Part shown: positions 12,415-24,340 of the stretch, piece after piece | How the letters are laid out: every line of letters begins with the position of its first letter | How positions within the stretch are numbered: position 1 is the stretch's first letter | NCBI RefSeq assembly: GCF_009834535.1 | Contig: NC_045698.1 | Coordinates: forward strand, 10,108,001-10,172,000 | Length of the DNA: 64,000 bases | Direction of reading: 5' to 3' | Source of the DNA: Camelus ferus | Lineage: Eukaryota | Position numbers and translations under genes: made by a program | Notes under the pieces: model-generated | Databases searched by the model: none | The model's input: the letters and a program-made list of their open reading frames with translations, nothing else | Told to the model about the DNA's origin: nothing

Positions 12415-13720
12415 ATTTTAAAATAAACTTCTACTTTAGAATAGATTTAGATTTACAGAAAAGTTGTGAAGATAGTACAGAGTTCCCACATATCTCATAT
12501 CCAATTTCCCCATATTACTCACAATTATTGGTACATAATTATGAACTAAAGTCCATATATTTTATTCATATTTTCCAGGTTTTTACCTAATGTCCTTTTT
12601 CAGTTCTAGGGTCCTTAAGAATACTACATTATATTTAGTCGTCATGTTTCCTTGGGCCCCTCTTGGCTATGAAAGTTTTTCTGACTTTCCTTATTTTTGT
12701 CGACCTTAACAGTTTGGAGAGTATTGGTCAGGTCATTTGTAGAATGTCCCTCAACCAGGATTTGTCTGATTTTTTTCTGATGATTAGACTGTGTTTTGGG
12801 GAGGAAGACCACAGAGGTAAAGTGCCATTTTTATTATATCATATCAAGGGTACATGCCAGCCACATGATTTATCACTGCTGTTAACTTTGATCATGTGGC
12901 TGAAGTAGTGTTTGTCAGGTTTCTCCCTTGTAACGTTACTCTCCCCTCCCCCCTTCCATTTTGTACTCAGGAAGGAAGTCACTACTTGCAGCCTATAGCT
13001 AAGGAGAAGGGAGTTCTATTCCATCTCATTCAGGGCAAATTATATATATAAATGATTTGGAATTCTTCTGCGTGGGAGATTTGTCTCCTCTCTCTCAATT
13101 ATTTGCTCATTCAATCATTGAATTACATCAGTAGGGACTCATGGATATTTATTTCATACCTTGGGTACAATCAAGTATTGCTTTATTTATTTTGCTGCTC
13201 AAATTGTTCCAGCTTTAGTCACTGGGAGCTCTTTCAATTGGCTCCTGCGCCGCTTTGACAGACCCCCACCATTGTTCTGGTTGTTGATTAACACAAGAAA
13301 AATTTTGAGCACTTCCTTACCTTCTGGCACAACAAGATGCTCCAGGCTCTCTTGTATATTTCCTGCCACAGTCCAGGAGTCAGCCATTTCCCTAGGGAGC
13401 CCTGGTTCCTTTTATTGAAGGACGGTGTTAATAACAAGATCTTGCTAGTGTTATTTCTAAACCCACCCAGCTGACAAAAGAAGGAAATATATGTACATGT
13501 ACTAAGCTGCGTATACACATATATCTGTAAATCTTTTTACATATCCATCTGTGTCTATATTAAGCTAAACATGAGTTCATACTGATGTCTCCAACTCTAA
13601 TCCCGTACCACGTGGATCATTCTAGCATCCCTCTCCAACAGTGAAAAATTTAGTATCCACCACTCACCATTTGTTTACTTAATTGTTCATTTCCAGTATG
13701 CATGTATAGTGGTTTCATTA
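12415..13720 (-). mobile_element. Old L1 (L1MC/L1MD-like) 3' region
   Basis: TTTAGATTTACAGAAAAGTTG..AGATAGTACAGAGTTCCCA and CTTTCTGGCAC.ACAAGATGCTCCAGGCTC-like L1M 3' UTR motifs. Confidence 0.85.
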
Positions 13721-14289
13721 ACCAGTTTTTTTTTTTAATCAATCTTGTTTGTCTCTTCTTGTTTACGGCCGTATTGATCCTTTAACCTCTAACACCCGTA
13801 CCTTCTCCTCCCTTCTCTGGTAGCCACGTCATAGGCGTTTTCTACCTGAATATTTGTCAAATGCTGGTTTGACACGGCTCTTCTGTAAAGCTGGATGTCA
13901 CCTACCCCTCATTTCTTTTGGCCTCCTCAGCCATCATCACCTTCCCCGTTCTCTAGGTTTTGGTGGAGTAAGGCCGGAGGAGCTGTGAGTCCGGAATCTC
14001 ATTTTACAGGCGAGGAGGCGTCCCCCAGGTGTTCAGAGGCTTGCTCCACTCCTTCCGGGGCTGGAGTATGTAAAACCCGTTTTCACGATCTCCCTCTTCA
14101 TTCAACAACTATTATGGAGCCCCGTCTACGTGCCACTGCCCACGCTGCGCCAACGAGAAACACACCGGCCCGGTGCCCGAGTCATCCGGCCCCGAGGGCG
14201 AGATCAGTAATAAACAGCTCGAGCGCTCGGAGGACCGTCCGCGTTGCAGGAACGAGCACCCAGTTGGGGGCGCTACGCCGGACCTGGAA

Positions 14290-14640
14290 AGACCCGCCCC
14301 GGCTGGTCAGAGCGTTCCGGCTCCTTCCAAGGGTTGCAACTGCTCGGGAGGAAGAGAAGGAACAAGGCTGAACGCTCCCGCAACCACTCGACGCCTCTCT
14401 GGGCGCCCGGCAGCTCGGCGCGGCCCCGCCCTCCATCGGACCCCGCCCACCAAAGGCCCCGCCCACCGCCGAGCCCACGCTCCGGCCCCTAACGATGTTC
14501 GCCGGAAATTCCCGAAGCCCCTCTTTTTTTCCTTCCTCTCCTTTCCCTGCTCTCCCTTTTCCTTTCACCCGGGTTCCCTCGGCCGTGATTTCCCCCCTCC
14601 CCCTCCTTCCTTCCCCATTTGAAATCAAGATGGAGGCTCG
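14290..14640 (+). promoter_or_regulatory. TATA-less core/proximal promoter: Sp/KLF GC boxes, overlapping ETS and NF-kB motifs, pyrimidine tract, YY1-like motif
   Basis: CCCGCCC boxes near 14293, 14424, 14442 and 14458; CCGGAAAT 14502-14509; GGAAATTCCC 14504-14513; C/T tract ~14517-14620; CAAGATGGAGGC 14626-14637 resembling YY1 CAAGATGGCGGC. Motif matches only. Confidence 0.65.
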
Positions 14641-15008
14641 CGGCTGCCGCCGGCGCCCGTGATCCCGGAGCTCCCGCCGGCCACGGGCCCCCGCCCTCTC
14701 GACTGCGTGTCCGGCGCGGCGCGCGCAGCCGCCCGCGCTCCGGCCGGCGCCGCCGAGGCCGTGGCTCCGCGCCCCCGCCCCGCGGCAGGCTCGCGGCTCC
14801 CGGGCGGAGTCCTCGTCTATGTGGGCGCGCTCCTCGGGCCGAGCCGCCGCCGCTGCCGCCGCCCGCCGCCGCCCCGGGGCTCTGGGTCCACGCGCCGGGC
14901 GCGGGCAGCTGGGCGTTCGGCTTCGCCAGGCCGGGCGCGGAGCGGGCGGCGCGCGGCGCTAGGGGCGCGGGGCCCGAGCCGGGCGCGGCCGCGGGCGCCG
15001 CCGCAGCC
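14621..15008 (+). other. TRIO: TRIO 5' UTR (non-coding part of exon 1; start approximate)
   Basis: Very GC-rich segment between the end of the promoter pyrimidine tract (..CCATTT|GAAATCAAGATGG) and the ATG. The TSS is inferred, not observed. Confidence 0.7.
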
Positions 15009-15165
15009 ATGAGCGGCAGCAGCGGCGGTGCCGCCGCCCCCGCCGCGTCCTCCGGCCCTGCCGCCACGGCCAGCGCTGCGGGCTCGGGCTGCGGGGGTGG
15101 CGCCGGCGAGGGGGCCGAGGAGGCGGCCAAGGACCTGGCCGACATCGCGGCCTTCTTCCGATCCG
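15009..15165 (+). CDS. TRIO: TRIO (triple functional domain protein, Rho GEF) first coding exon, 52 codons + 1 nt (phase 1)
   Basis: GCAGCC-ATG at 15009 translates MSGSSGGAAAPAASSGPAATASAAGSGCGGGAGEGAEEAAKDLADIAAFFRS(G), which matches the mammalian TRIO N-terminus as I recall it. It ends at a canonical donor CCG|GTGAGT (15165/15166) and lies in a CpG island. Confidence 0.96.
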
Positions 15166-18100
15166 GTGAGTGCAACCGCGCTGCTGCTCGCGCGCTCTGC
15201 CAACCCCGCCGCGGAGGCGCGGTCGGCGGGCCCCAGCGCGTCCGATGCTCGCCTGCCCGTCGGCCCCGGCGCGCGCTCGCCCAGGCCACTGGCCCACGCC
15301 GGGGCTCCCGGATCCACACCGGCGTGTCCTGCTGCCAGCGCCGCCCGGGGCGCCGCGGCTCGGCCCGGACGCCGCCGGCTCGCCCTTCCCTGCGCCCGCC
15401 CCTCGTTCCAGGGTAAAACCTCCCTGTCGCCCGCCCCGGCGGCTACAGCTCCACGGGCTGGGGCGCCGGCTCTTTGTCTCTTTCGCGGGAGGGCCGAGGA
15501 GGCGGCGGCAGGGACGGCGAGGGCGGAGGCCCCTACCAGGGAGGCTGAGCGCACTGGGGCGGTGGGGCCGGGCCCGGGAAAGCGGGTTCTCATTTGGACC
15601 GGTCTCCGTGGCCGATTTGTACCTGGCCCCTTCTCAACCCCATAAGCAGCCGGGTTTCTTCGCTCGGTCCTCTAGCCTGTCACCTCCCCAGCCTCGATCT
15701 ACACTTCTGTGAAACGGGGCAGCCATGGCACCCGCTGCCCAGGGAGGAGGGGGAGGTGGTGGCAGAAATGAAGCGCGGCCGGACGATGGGCGAGCCATTG
15801 TCTCTGGGGGCGGCCCGGGAGGGACATCTGGGAACTTGGTGGCCCCCGGGGGGCGGCGCGGGGCCGAGCCCTCGCGGGACACTGCCTAAGAGGCAGTGCC
15901 AGGTGGCTCGGTGTCTCTCGGGCAAGGAGCGGGTAGCGGCGGGAGAGGCGAGCTTTGCGACCGGCCCGCGGGGAGGAGGCGCGGGAGGCGTGACAGGGCG
16001 TCCCTGAGACCCCGGTGGCGGCAGCGCCTCCTCCCTCCCGGGCCCAGATACCGCGTAAGCCGGTCCCGCGTCCCCGCGTCCCGCGTCCCCGCGTCGAGTC
16101 CCGTTTGCTCGCGCGTCCGGGCGGCAGTGGCGGCCTCGGGGCCCGGAGCCTGGAACGCATTGCCCAGCGGGCCAGGCGTGGGGCCGGGAGGATGCAGACT
16201 CGGCGCTGGAGAGCGGAGGAGGGCGGGCCAGGTCGGGGCCGGGGCGGGCGGGCGGGCGCAGGGCGCGTGCGGGGTGCTGGCGGCAGCGCCTGGGAGGACC
16301 GCGGGGCCGGGGACGTCGGGGGAGCGGCCTGCGATGGGGCGCGCGCCGGAGGCCGGCGGCTCACGTTTCTTCGTGGCCTCTTTCAAAATCAAGTCTCCAG
16401 ATTCGGTGAGATCAGTTCTGTAATCTGGGTCCCAAGGAGCAATTTGCAGTGGGAGGGCGATGGTCAGAGACAGAAGTTAGCAGTGCCGGTAGATAACCTG
16501 GTTTAGCACTGTCTTCCCTCGTTTTCTTGATCTTTGCCAGGCGGGGTTGTTTGTGAGTCATTTTAACAGATTGTTTGTGGCTGGACGCCGACTCTGCACT
16601 GTCAGCTTGGGGTTAATATACTCCCCGGTGCTCTCTCTCCCCGTGAGGTCCCCGCAGAAAGCAAAGCTCTAGGAAAACATGAACTCCTTCAAATGAAAGC
16701 CTTATTTGGTGCAACTTGCCGGGTAGCGCAGCCCCGTCTTACCTCTTAATAGCAGAACTGGGATGTCTTCCCTTTATGCCCTGAAGCTAAAGTCTAGCCT
16801 GTCTTCTCTCGGTCTCTACCACCTGTCACAGAATAATAGATTCTGTGTAAATTCAGCTCCTTTCTGCTAGAAGGACGCCTGTGCCCCAGAGATGGAATTT
16901 TTGGTGCTCGTGAGACCAGACTTTTTTTTACATCTTTATCATACATGGTAGAAAAATCATTTCTTTTACCCTTAAGAGCCCCAAACGACATCAGGTTGGG
17001 CTGGACACTCACAGAAAACCCTCCTCCAGTCAGTGTGGCTCTCCGTGGGATTTATCTGGGAAGATAAATACGTTGGTGGCCATGCCTGGGCCTGTGCTTG
17101 CTCCCATGCCCTGGCTCCTGTTCATGTTCAGTTTGGGGCAGAACTAGTCAGTGCTGCTCCCTGGTTTACTCTTTTCTTCCGCCCTCCGAAGTGATTGGGC
17201 AAACTGCCCTTTAGTTGTTTGACTTGGGAACAGGTACCAGAGCAGATTTTAAGTAGGCAGCAATTGCACTGTTCCATTCCAGGGGTCACCTGGAACATCT
17301 TTTAAAAGTGCTTTCCCCCCCTTTGGGCAACTCTGAATCTCTGACCTAGATCTTGGCTCCAGCATCTAGGGCAGTGATACCTAGCAGAGGGAGGGTAGAG
17401 AGGGACCATTCAGTTAGATTGGTGGGGGTGGGATGGGGCTTTCGGACGGACTAAGCCGGACCTGGGAGTGAGGGGGAACTCACCTGGTAGAATGGCTCAG
17501 GCCGGGGGTCCTTCTGGACAGTGTTGATTGAATGTGGATAGCTGAACAGAGAGGTCAAGTTGATCAGTAAAGTCAGACATTCTTTTCTTTCCTAAGATGT
17601 AGAAACACAAAAATAAGATCTGTCCATCTGGGGTGGACAGATGAAGGGGTGAACATTTTTCCAGGGTGTTGTGAGCCTGATACTTAAGATTGCCAGCGTG
17701 ACCTACACAAGGCATTTCTACTGGTTGCCTTTCATTTCTCTGCCCTGGAACTGTTTGCTAGGCCACCTTGTTTTCTTTCCTCTTTATTCCTTGTCTGTCC
17801 TGCATTTAAATTTTATCAGAGATTAAAAACTGGTAACCATAGTTGGATGAAAAAAGGAGAATTTTGCTTCATAGAACTTTTAAATAATTAGAGCAGTTCA
17901 GGAGTAGAATGGGCTGCCATGTAATTTCTCCATTACTAGAAGCACTTGAGCAGGGGCACTGCCACCTGCCAGGGTTCAGAGCCGGGCGCTGTGGACAGGA
18001 CTCCTGCACTTGTAGAGGGATCTGGGGAGATGGCTCAAACGCTGCTACCCTCTCGGATTCTGTGGTTCCCTCTGAGCCCTCAGCACCTAATTGTTATTCC

Positions 18101-18194
18101 CCACTTGTCTTTTAAAAAGGCATCACAAATGTAAGTGACTCTGTTACAAAATTCTTACAATTTTTTTTACTTTTTATTATTATTTTTTAATTGT

Positions 18195-18305
18195 TCAGAA
18201 GAGGAATCAGGCTTCTGAGGGGGTTTGAATGACTTGCCCAGGGTGGAACTCTGGTAGAGGTGGGGTCAGGGCTGGGAAGCATGCCCCTGAGTCTGGTACT
18301 CTTTC
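18195..18305 (-). mobile_element. MIR fragment
   Basis: GAGGAATCAGGCTTCTGAGGGGGTTTGAATGACTTGCCCAGGGT. Confidence 0.6.
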
Positions 18306-18453
18306 CCGGATGCCTGTCATGGCCAAGACTTTGCTTACATTAGTTCTCAATCCCGCTGGGACCAATCACTTTTATTGCCAATCTATTTTGGGGCTCTGTT
18401 CTTGTGGCAATAAATCATTCTTTCAGAGCTCTCTATTTAACCTTGCGAGAGTC

Positions 18454-18477
18454 TGTGTGTGTGTGTGTGTGTGTGTG
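18454..18477. repeat. (TG)12 microsatellite
   Basis: Directly visible. Confidence 0.95.
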
Positions 18478-21199
18478 GGTGCTTACATAAATGCATTATT
18501 TTTAACCTGCCTGGCATGTTTTAGGCTGGCATTAAATGAATGTGCAGAGAATAAAGGTTTGTGGTTTTTCTGAAGCATCACGGCCCATCGTGCTGGGTTC
18601 CTTTCATTACTAAGTCTTATTCTGGACTCCTGGCTGCAGCCCTTCTCTTTGCAGTGGAATATGTGAAGACAGGCGAGTCTGTGACTTAGTAAGGGAGCAG
18701 CGTGCATGTCTTTCTATGTTTTGATATGATGATTTCCTCATGGAATATTGACTGAACTTTTCTTCATATTTATGTTCCACCACTGAAGTATCTGGCCCCT
18801 GAGCTGGCTCTGCTACTTCTGTGGATATTTAGAAGCCTGGCGGCTTTGGTCCCTGTAAGCACCAATAATAATTGTTGTATTATGAAATGTCCTTGTTACC
18901 CTCAATATTTTGAAAAGGGTAGTTGAAGGAGATGTACCTTAATGGTGAATGTTGGTTTCCCCTTTTTCAGTGGCTCAGTGAGGCTAAGTTTTAGAGGAAA
19001 GCAAAGAGTTAGCTAAAAAGATCCTATAAGTGATTTTGAAGATACCAAAGAGCAGGAAGACAGTCATTGAAAGAATTTTTCATTGAGCTCTTGTAAACTG
19101 ACTTACTGACACGGGATATTGTATTTTTCCCTTTGCAGTGTAACCATCCAAGAGTCAAATACTTAAATGAAGCCATTTAAACCATTCACCAAGACATAAA
19201 TGAAGCCGGTGGTTCTGAAGCATGTGGTTTAAATATGTTCTTCAAATGTATATTAAAAATAGGTGATTAGGATGGCTATTTTAGAACTTTAAAATGTTAT
19301 GATAAGTTTGGGATTTGTTTCTAAGCAAAAGTCAAAGATGTGTTTGGAGCTGTCATAATCTGATATTTAAGTTTATTTTCTTGACTCCTTTACAGGAGAA
19401 AATAAAATTTTATCTCATATCCTTGGCAAAATTCCAGAGAAAAGTCAAATTCTTAATCAATAGCCACACTTTACTGCCTAGTAAAGTCACTTATGTTGAT
19501 GGGGATGAATTGTCTTTTACTATAAAAAGCAGCCCTAACAACCTCCTTCATTCCTCTTTGGTTCTATAATGAATTGGTTTTTATTTCCTTAAGTGCATTG
19601 TCTTGACAAATTTTTAGTAGTTCTGCTGGCAGAACAGCAGCTACTTGGTGGGCAGTGAAGAAATGGACCCACTGGATTCCCATGGAAGGTTGTGGTACCT
19701 CTGATCCCCTGCTCATTTCTTCTGCAAATGTTCAGCTGGGCTCAGAGTTCTCTCTCATCCTCCAGATGCTCCCACCGAGCTGTTCAGTAAGCCTGGGCAA
19801 GGGGATAAGTACGCATCGGCACGCTCCTCATTGTCCCTTGCGTGTGGGCATTCTGGAGGCTGTTTAATAACAACAACAACAATAATAATAATTACTGTTA
19901 TTCAGCTGGAGCCATTCTGGGTCTTCCTATCACTGCATCTTTGAACTGAAGGCAAAGGAGTGAAAAGGAGAGAGTGGGTGGGAATCGGGCCAAAGCCCTG
20001 CAGGGCACTGGCTGGCTGCCACCCTCCCCTCTGCCTGCTCTCCCCCATCCCTGGGCTCCTGTGCCTACTGTGGAGGCAGTGTCTCCTGGGGCCTCAGCCT
20101 CCTGCTTGCTGCCACAGTGCCCAGCCCCGACCAGACCTCGATTTCACTCCATCTCTGCCATTTCGTAAAGAGGAAGCAGAGGCACCTGGCTAGAACTTCC
20201 GGTGTCGTCTCCTAGCATTGTGACGTCGTTGAGCCTTCTGCGCAGGTGCTCTTGTTTATGGGAATCCTTGCTCTCCTGTTTAATGGTTGTCGAGCTCATA
20301 AGTCTCACCTCTTCTCATTTGCTAATGGATGCACTCAGTTTGCTAACGGAATAGGTGTTACCTCAATTTCCTCCTTTTTTTTTGTCCCTTTTCGCGTAAG
20401 AAAGCCCCTGGAAACCCAAATTGTGAATCACCTGCTCTCTGGGAAAGGTTGTATGTCTAGGGTGAGAGTTGAGTGTGCAGACTTTCCAAGCACGTGGCGT
20501 AGGGGCTTGAGCTGGGGGAAGGGTGTAGCTTCTGGGGTTTCTTCCCAGTGAGACCTCCTGTTGAGTCTGGAATATTTGACCCCATGCCACGTGTGCTGTG
20601 GCACTATGAAACCTCATTTTGGTGACAAATATACTTGCAGTGTAGATAACTGTTTTGATGAGCCATGTGTCTAGTCTTGTCTGGTTGGAGAGGCGTGTGG
20701 AGTAATCTATGGAGCAGATCTTATATTTTGCAAGTATCACCCTATTTGGGCTCTTTCATAAGTTAAGTACATTTTAGCAGTTACACTAACAGAGGAAACG
20801 TTAATGAAAACGTTAGCAAACACACAGAACAGATTCCAGGTCTACAGATCCTAGGTCTAGGGTCCTGTGGGTTAGCGGTGTCCACATGAGTTCATCAGGC
20901 TTGTTTTACAGTCTGTGGCCGTATTGTGGACAGTGATGAATTGCACTGGGTTTCTCTTTAGGAGGGATTTCTGCAAGGTCCTGCCGGCTGCATGGACCCT
21001 CCCCTCTTTTCCTTCAGTCCCAGGAAGGAAGTACTTGGTATACACTGCTCTGTTCCTGTCCTGCTTCTGGGAAGGGCTAGGCCCTTTGCTGCCTGCTGTT
21101 GTTGTTAGCATTGAGATGGGTACGTGTGAGCAGATAGACTGTGGGCCATCCATTCCGCTGATGCTGAGTGAAGGCAGACAGTCTCAGAAGTCTCTATAG

Positions 21200-21670
21200 G
21201 AAGGAGTCCACTTGTATGACAGTCTCAGAAAGATAGAACTGCAGAGACAGAAAGCAAATTGTTGATTGCCAGGAGTCAGGGATGGGGAGGGCCGGACTAC
21301 AGAGGGGAAGTACGAGGGGCATTTTGAGAGACGATGGAAGTGTTTTGTATCTTGGTTGTGGTGGTGATTCTATGTGTTGAAATTCATAGAACTGTACTAC
21401 AACAACAACAACAGATCTAGTTATACTGTATGTTAATTTAAAACGTAACATTAAAGAAGGCTAATCACAAACTGGGAGAAAACATTTATTACAAATCAGA
21501 CAAAGAATTAGATATACAGAATTTAAAAAGAGCTTCCACAAATCAATTAGAAAGGCAATCCAAAAGGAAAATAAGCAGACAACTCAGAGTACAAATGGCC
21601 AGCAGATATTCAGCCTTGCTAGTAATCAAGGAAATGTAAGTAAAAATGTGATAAGAACAAAAGTGAAATC
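21200..21670 (+). mobile_element. Old L1M fragments (3' end followed by an ORF2 fragment)
   Basis: GAGACAGAAAGCAAATTGTTGATTGCCAGG..GATGGAAGTGTTTTGTATCTTG, then ACTGGGAGAAAACATTT..TCAGCCTTGCTAGTAATCAAGGAAATG. Confidence 0.75.
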
Positions 21671-22343
21671 CAGCAAGTCATTTCTCTAGGTAAACTTGAA
21701 CAAAACGGAGTTATTGTGGAAGGATTTTCTACTGATTTTGAAGATGGTAACTGTCAGACTGCCCAAGCTGGGACCAAACTTCTTCTAATGTCTAGGGAAA
21801 CTTTGAAGATAGTTATGGGGAAATAAAGACCCTTTTCTTTGATTCTGTAAGAAGTGTAACTTGGGAATCCATATGGCATATTAAGTAAAGTCTGCTGACT
21901 TAACACAACTGTCTTTAGATAAAAGCAGTCACCATTTTTTCTGCTTCAGCTTCAGATTTTCCCACTCTGGTAAGTTTTCCTGCTGTCCAGATAGAAAAAC
22001 AGTGGTACATGCAGGGTGGTCTGCTGTGCCTCACGTTCCTGTGTTAAAGAAGGAATTTCTAGGAATAAATTTCATTTGGGGGAGGGGGCGTTGTTCATGC
22101 ATGAATTTCTGTGTGAGGTCATTGGCCCTCTGTTCGAGGGCCTTTCTGTATGTACTTGACTCTGAAGCTATGTATTTCTCAGTGTTAATGGTTAATTAAT
22201 GAATTTATAAAGTGTTATTCCCCCTGCTTAAGACTCATAACCATAAAATAAAACTATTTTTGAACTTGAGAAAAGCACAGTTCAAATTTAAAAGTACAGT
22301 CATCGAATATTTTTAGATAGGATGTGTTGGTGTCTGATTTTTC

Positions 22344-22345
<2 letters not shown>

Positions 22346-22379
<34 letters not shown>

Positions 22380-22414
22380 TGTGTGTGTGTGTGTGTGTCT
22401 GTATGTGTATGTAT
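22346..22414. repeat. Compound (TG)n microsatellite
   Basis: Two TG runs separated by TC interruptions, ending in TGTA units. Confidence 0.95.
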
Positions 22415-24134
22415 CTTGGAAAAGTCTTAAAACACCCCATTTTGGAATTCTGTGGAATGGGTAGTTTCAGTGCAAGAAGGAATGAATATATCAGAGATTA
22501 ATATTAGAAATCTGTTTAAAAAGACCTGATGTTCCTTAGTATATATGAAGTGATGTGTATAAATGACATGCTGCTTTAGTTTGAATTTGACAATTATTAT
22601 GTGAAACGTCTGTGAGAGGTTGGTCAAGACAGTATATATAAAATTGTTTTCCATTGCTTATTCCTTTTACTTCACTGGCTCTTCTCACGCCGATCCACAT
22701 CTTCAAGAATCCCTTTTTCTTCATTGTTGCTGCTGTTGAATGCCATGTCTGCAGACCTAAAGAGGGGTATTTCTGGGCCATTTGGATTCTGAAAGCTTTA
22801 TGTTTTCTTATTTGCATTTACTTTTAGTTAATCCTTGTTCTTCATGTCAGGTGTGCTAGGATCTGCAGGAGAACAAAACGGTTGGTATTTTTTGGATAAC
22901 TTTATTAATGTCACTTTTAAATAATAAGGACCAAAAAGTACAATTCCTCTATTATTTATTCTGAAGGTGGATACAATTATGTTGGGAAACAAGACCTTGA
23001 TTAGAATGTTGATGTATTTCTACCGAACTAGAATCACTTACAATAAGATCTCTGAAGTTTAAAGTGTCTAATATTTGGGCATCCAAATAACTGGAACAAA
23101 TTCCTCATTAGTCTAATAGACTAAACAAATAAGATTTTTATTTTGCTTGTTAGATAGCTTTATTAAAAAAAAAAAATCGTGATTATGAGAAGTCCCTTCC
23201 AGCCCTCACTGCCCTTTTCAGCACCACAGTGATGGTAGCCAGCATGCAGGGGACCCTAACTAGTGCCAAAAAGCCAGATTGCACAGGGGCAGAGTCTATT
23301 TCACACATTTATTTCACCTCTATCTAAATGTTGTGCACCTGTCCCGATATATCTTGGGTTCAGGAGCCTTGAGAACCAGTGCTAACTCAGTAGCTTCCAG
23401 GCCATACATTTCCTTCACGTGACAGGTTCCTTTCACAAGTCCCTTGATGAGTGTCTCTGGGAGGGTAGCTCCTCACGGGGGAGGCTTTGTGCAGAAGTCG
23501 TTGAGTTTCAGCATTTTGTTTGCTGGCTGTGTACGTGTTTCTTTCCTGATAATTAACTGCAGTTCAATTTGCAGGATTCTTTTTTTAGGCATCTCTTTTA
23601 TCTACATCACCTTGTTTTTAGGTCCTATCTCAGCTCTGCTGGTTGCTAAACGCACAGGAGGGGTCTGTCTGTTGGTGAGACGGGACCTGTCCCCTGAACC
23701 ATATTACTGGAAACTTTGACTGTAAACCCTATGCAGAATTAAGATGGGAAGACTAAATTTTCCGTGACAACTTGCAGTGTGCACACGGGGTGTTCAGGGG
23801 GAACTAGGATGATGGGTAGTGTTAGAATGGCCTGCTACCTCTTGACATGCTTGCTGTCTGTCACCTAAATCTTTAGCAGCAGCTGCCAGAGCAGGTGGGA
23901 GGCCAGGACCCCCAGCCATCAGGGGTCAGATAACACCTTTGGAACTACGCTCCATAAGAGAGTAAAATTAAGTGCATCCAGAAAGTAATAACCTGCTCGT
24001 AATGTCATAGGATGATATTTAAAATATGTTTTTTTTCTTCTCTCCAGATGTTGTTAATGCAAATTCTGTCCTTCAGGAACACCTAGTAAAGTCTTTGAAC
24101 TATTACCTGTATTGCTGCCATGACTGGCTACTGT

Positions 24135-24340
24135 CTGAGTACCTGTGATTCGAGCTACCATGCAGGTGTTTTACATACGCTTTCTTGTAGAAGGTCAGAT
24201 CCTTCCAGCAGGTGGATGCTATTTCTGTGTTAGGAAGAGGATCTCAGCCTCTAGGGAGGTTGAATGACCGCCCCAGTTTGCCCTGCTTGTTAGGGCTCGA
24301 GCTGAAACTTAAACCATGGCTGCCAGACCTCAAAGCCCTC
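24135..24340 (-). mobile_element. MIR SINE
   Basis: GGGAGGTTGAATGACCGCCCCAG..GAGCTGAAACTTAAACC..GACCTCAAAGCCC. Confidence 0.55.

Larger units (their letters stand above)
14140..16400. promoter_or_regulatory. CpG island spanning TRIO promoter, exon 1 and start of intron 1
   Basis: Abrupt rise in GC and CpG density against CpG-depleted flanks. Confidence 0.95.

Noticed and set aside
1..13800. DNAH5 exons (upstream neighbour of TRIO in human)
   Set aside because: No dynein heavy-chain-like peptide was seen in the ORF track or by eye, and the gene would not be expected this close.
14619..15008. In-frame 130-codon N-terminal extension of TRIO from TTG 14619
   Set aside because: No ATG in that frame, the TTG lies at or before the inferred TSS, and the open frame is explained by GC content.
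13895..16506. Many long overlapping ORFs (110-276 aa) on both strands
   Set aside because: Expected from stop-codon scarcity in a GC-rich CpG island; low-complexity Ala/Arg/Pro/Gly translations. Only 15009-15165 matches a known protein and ends at a splice donor.
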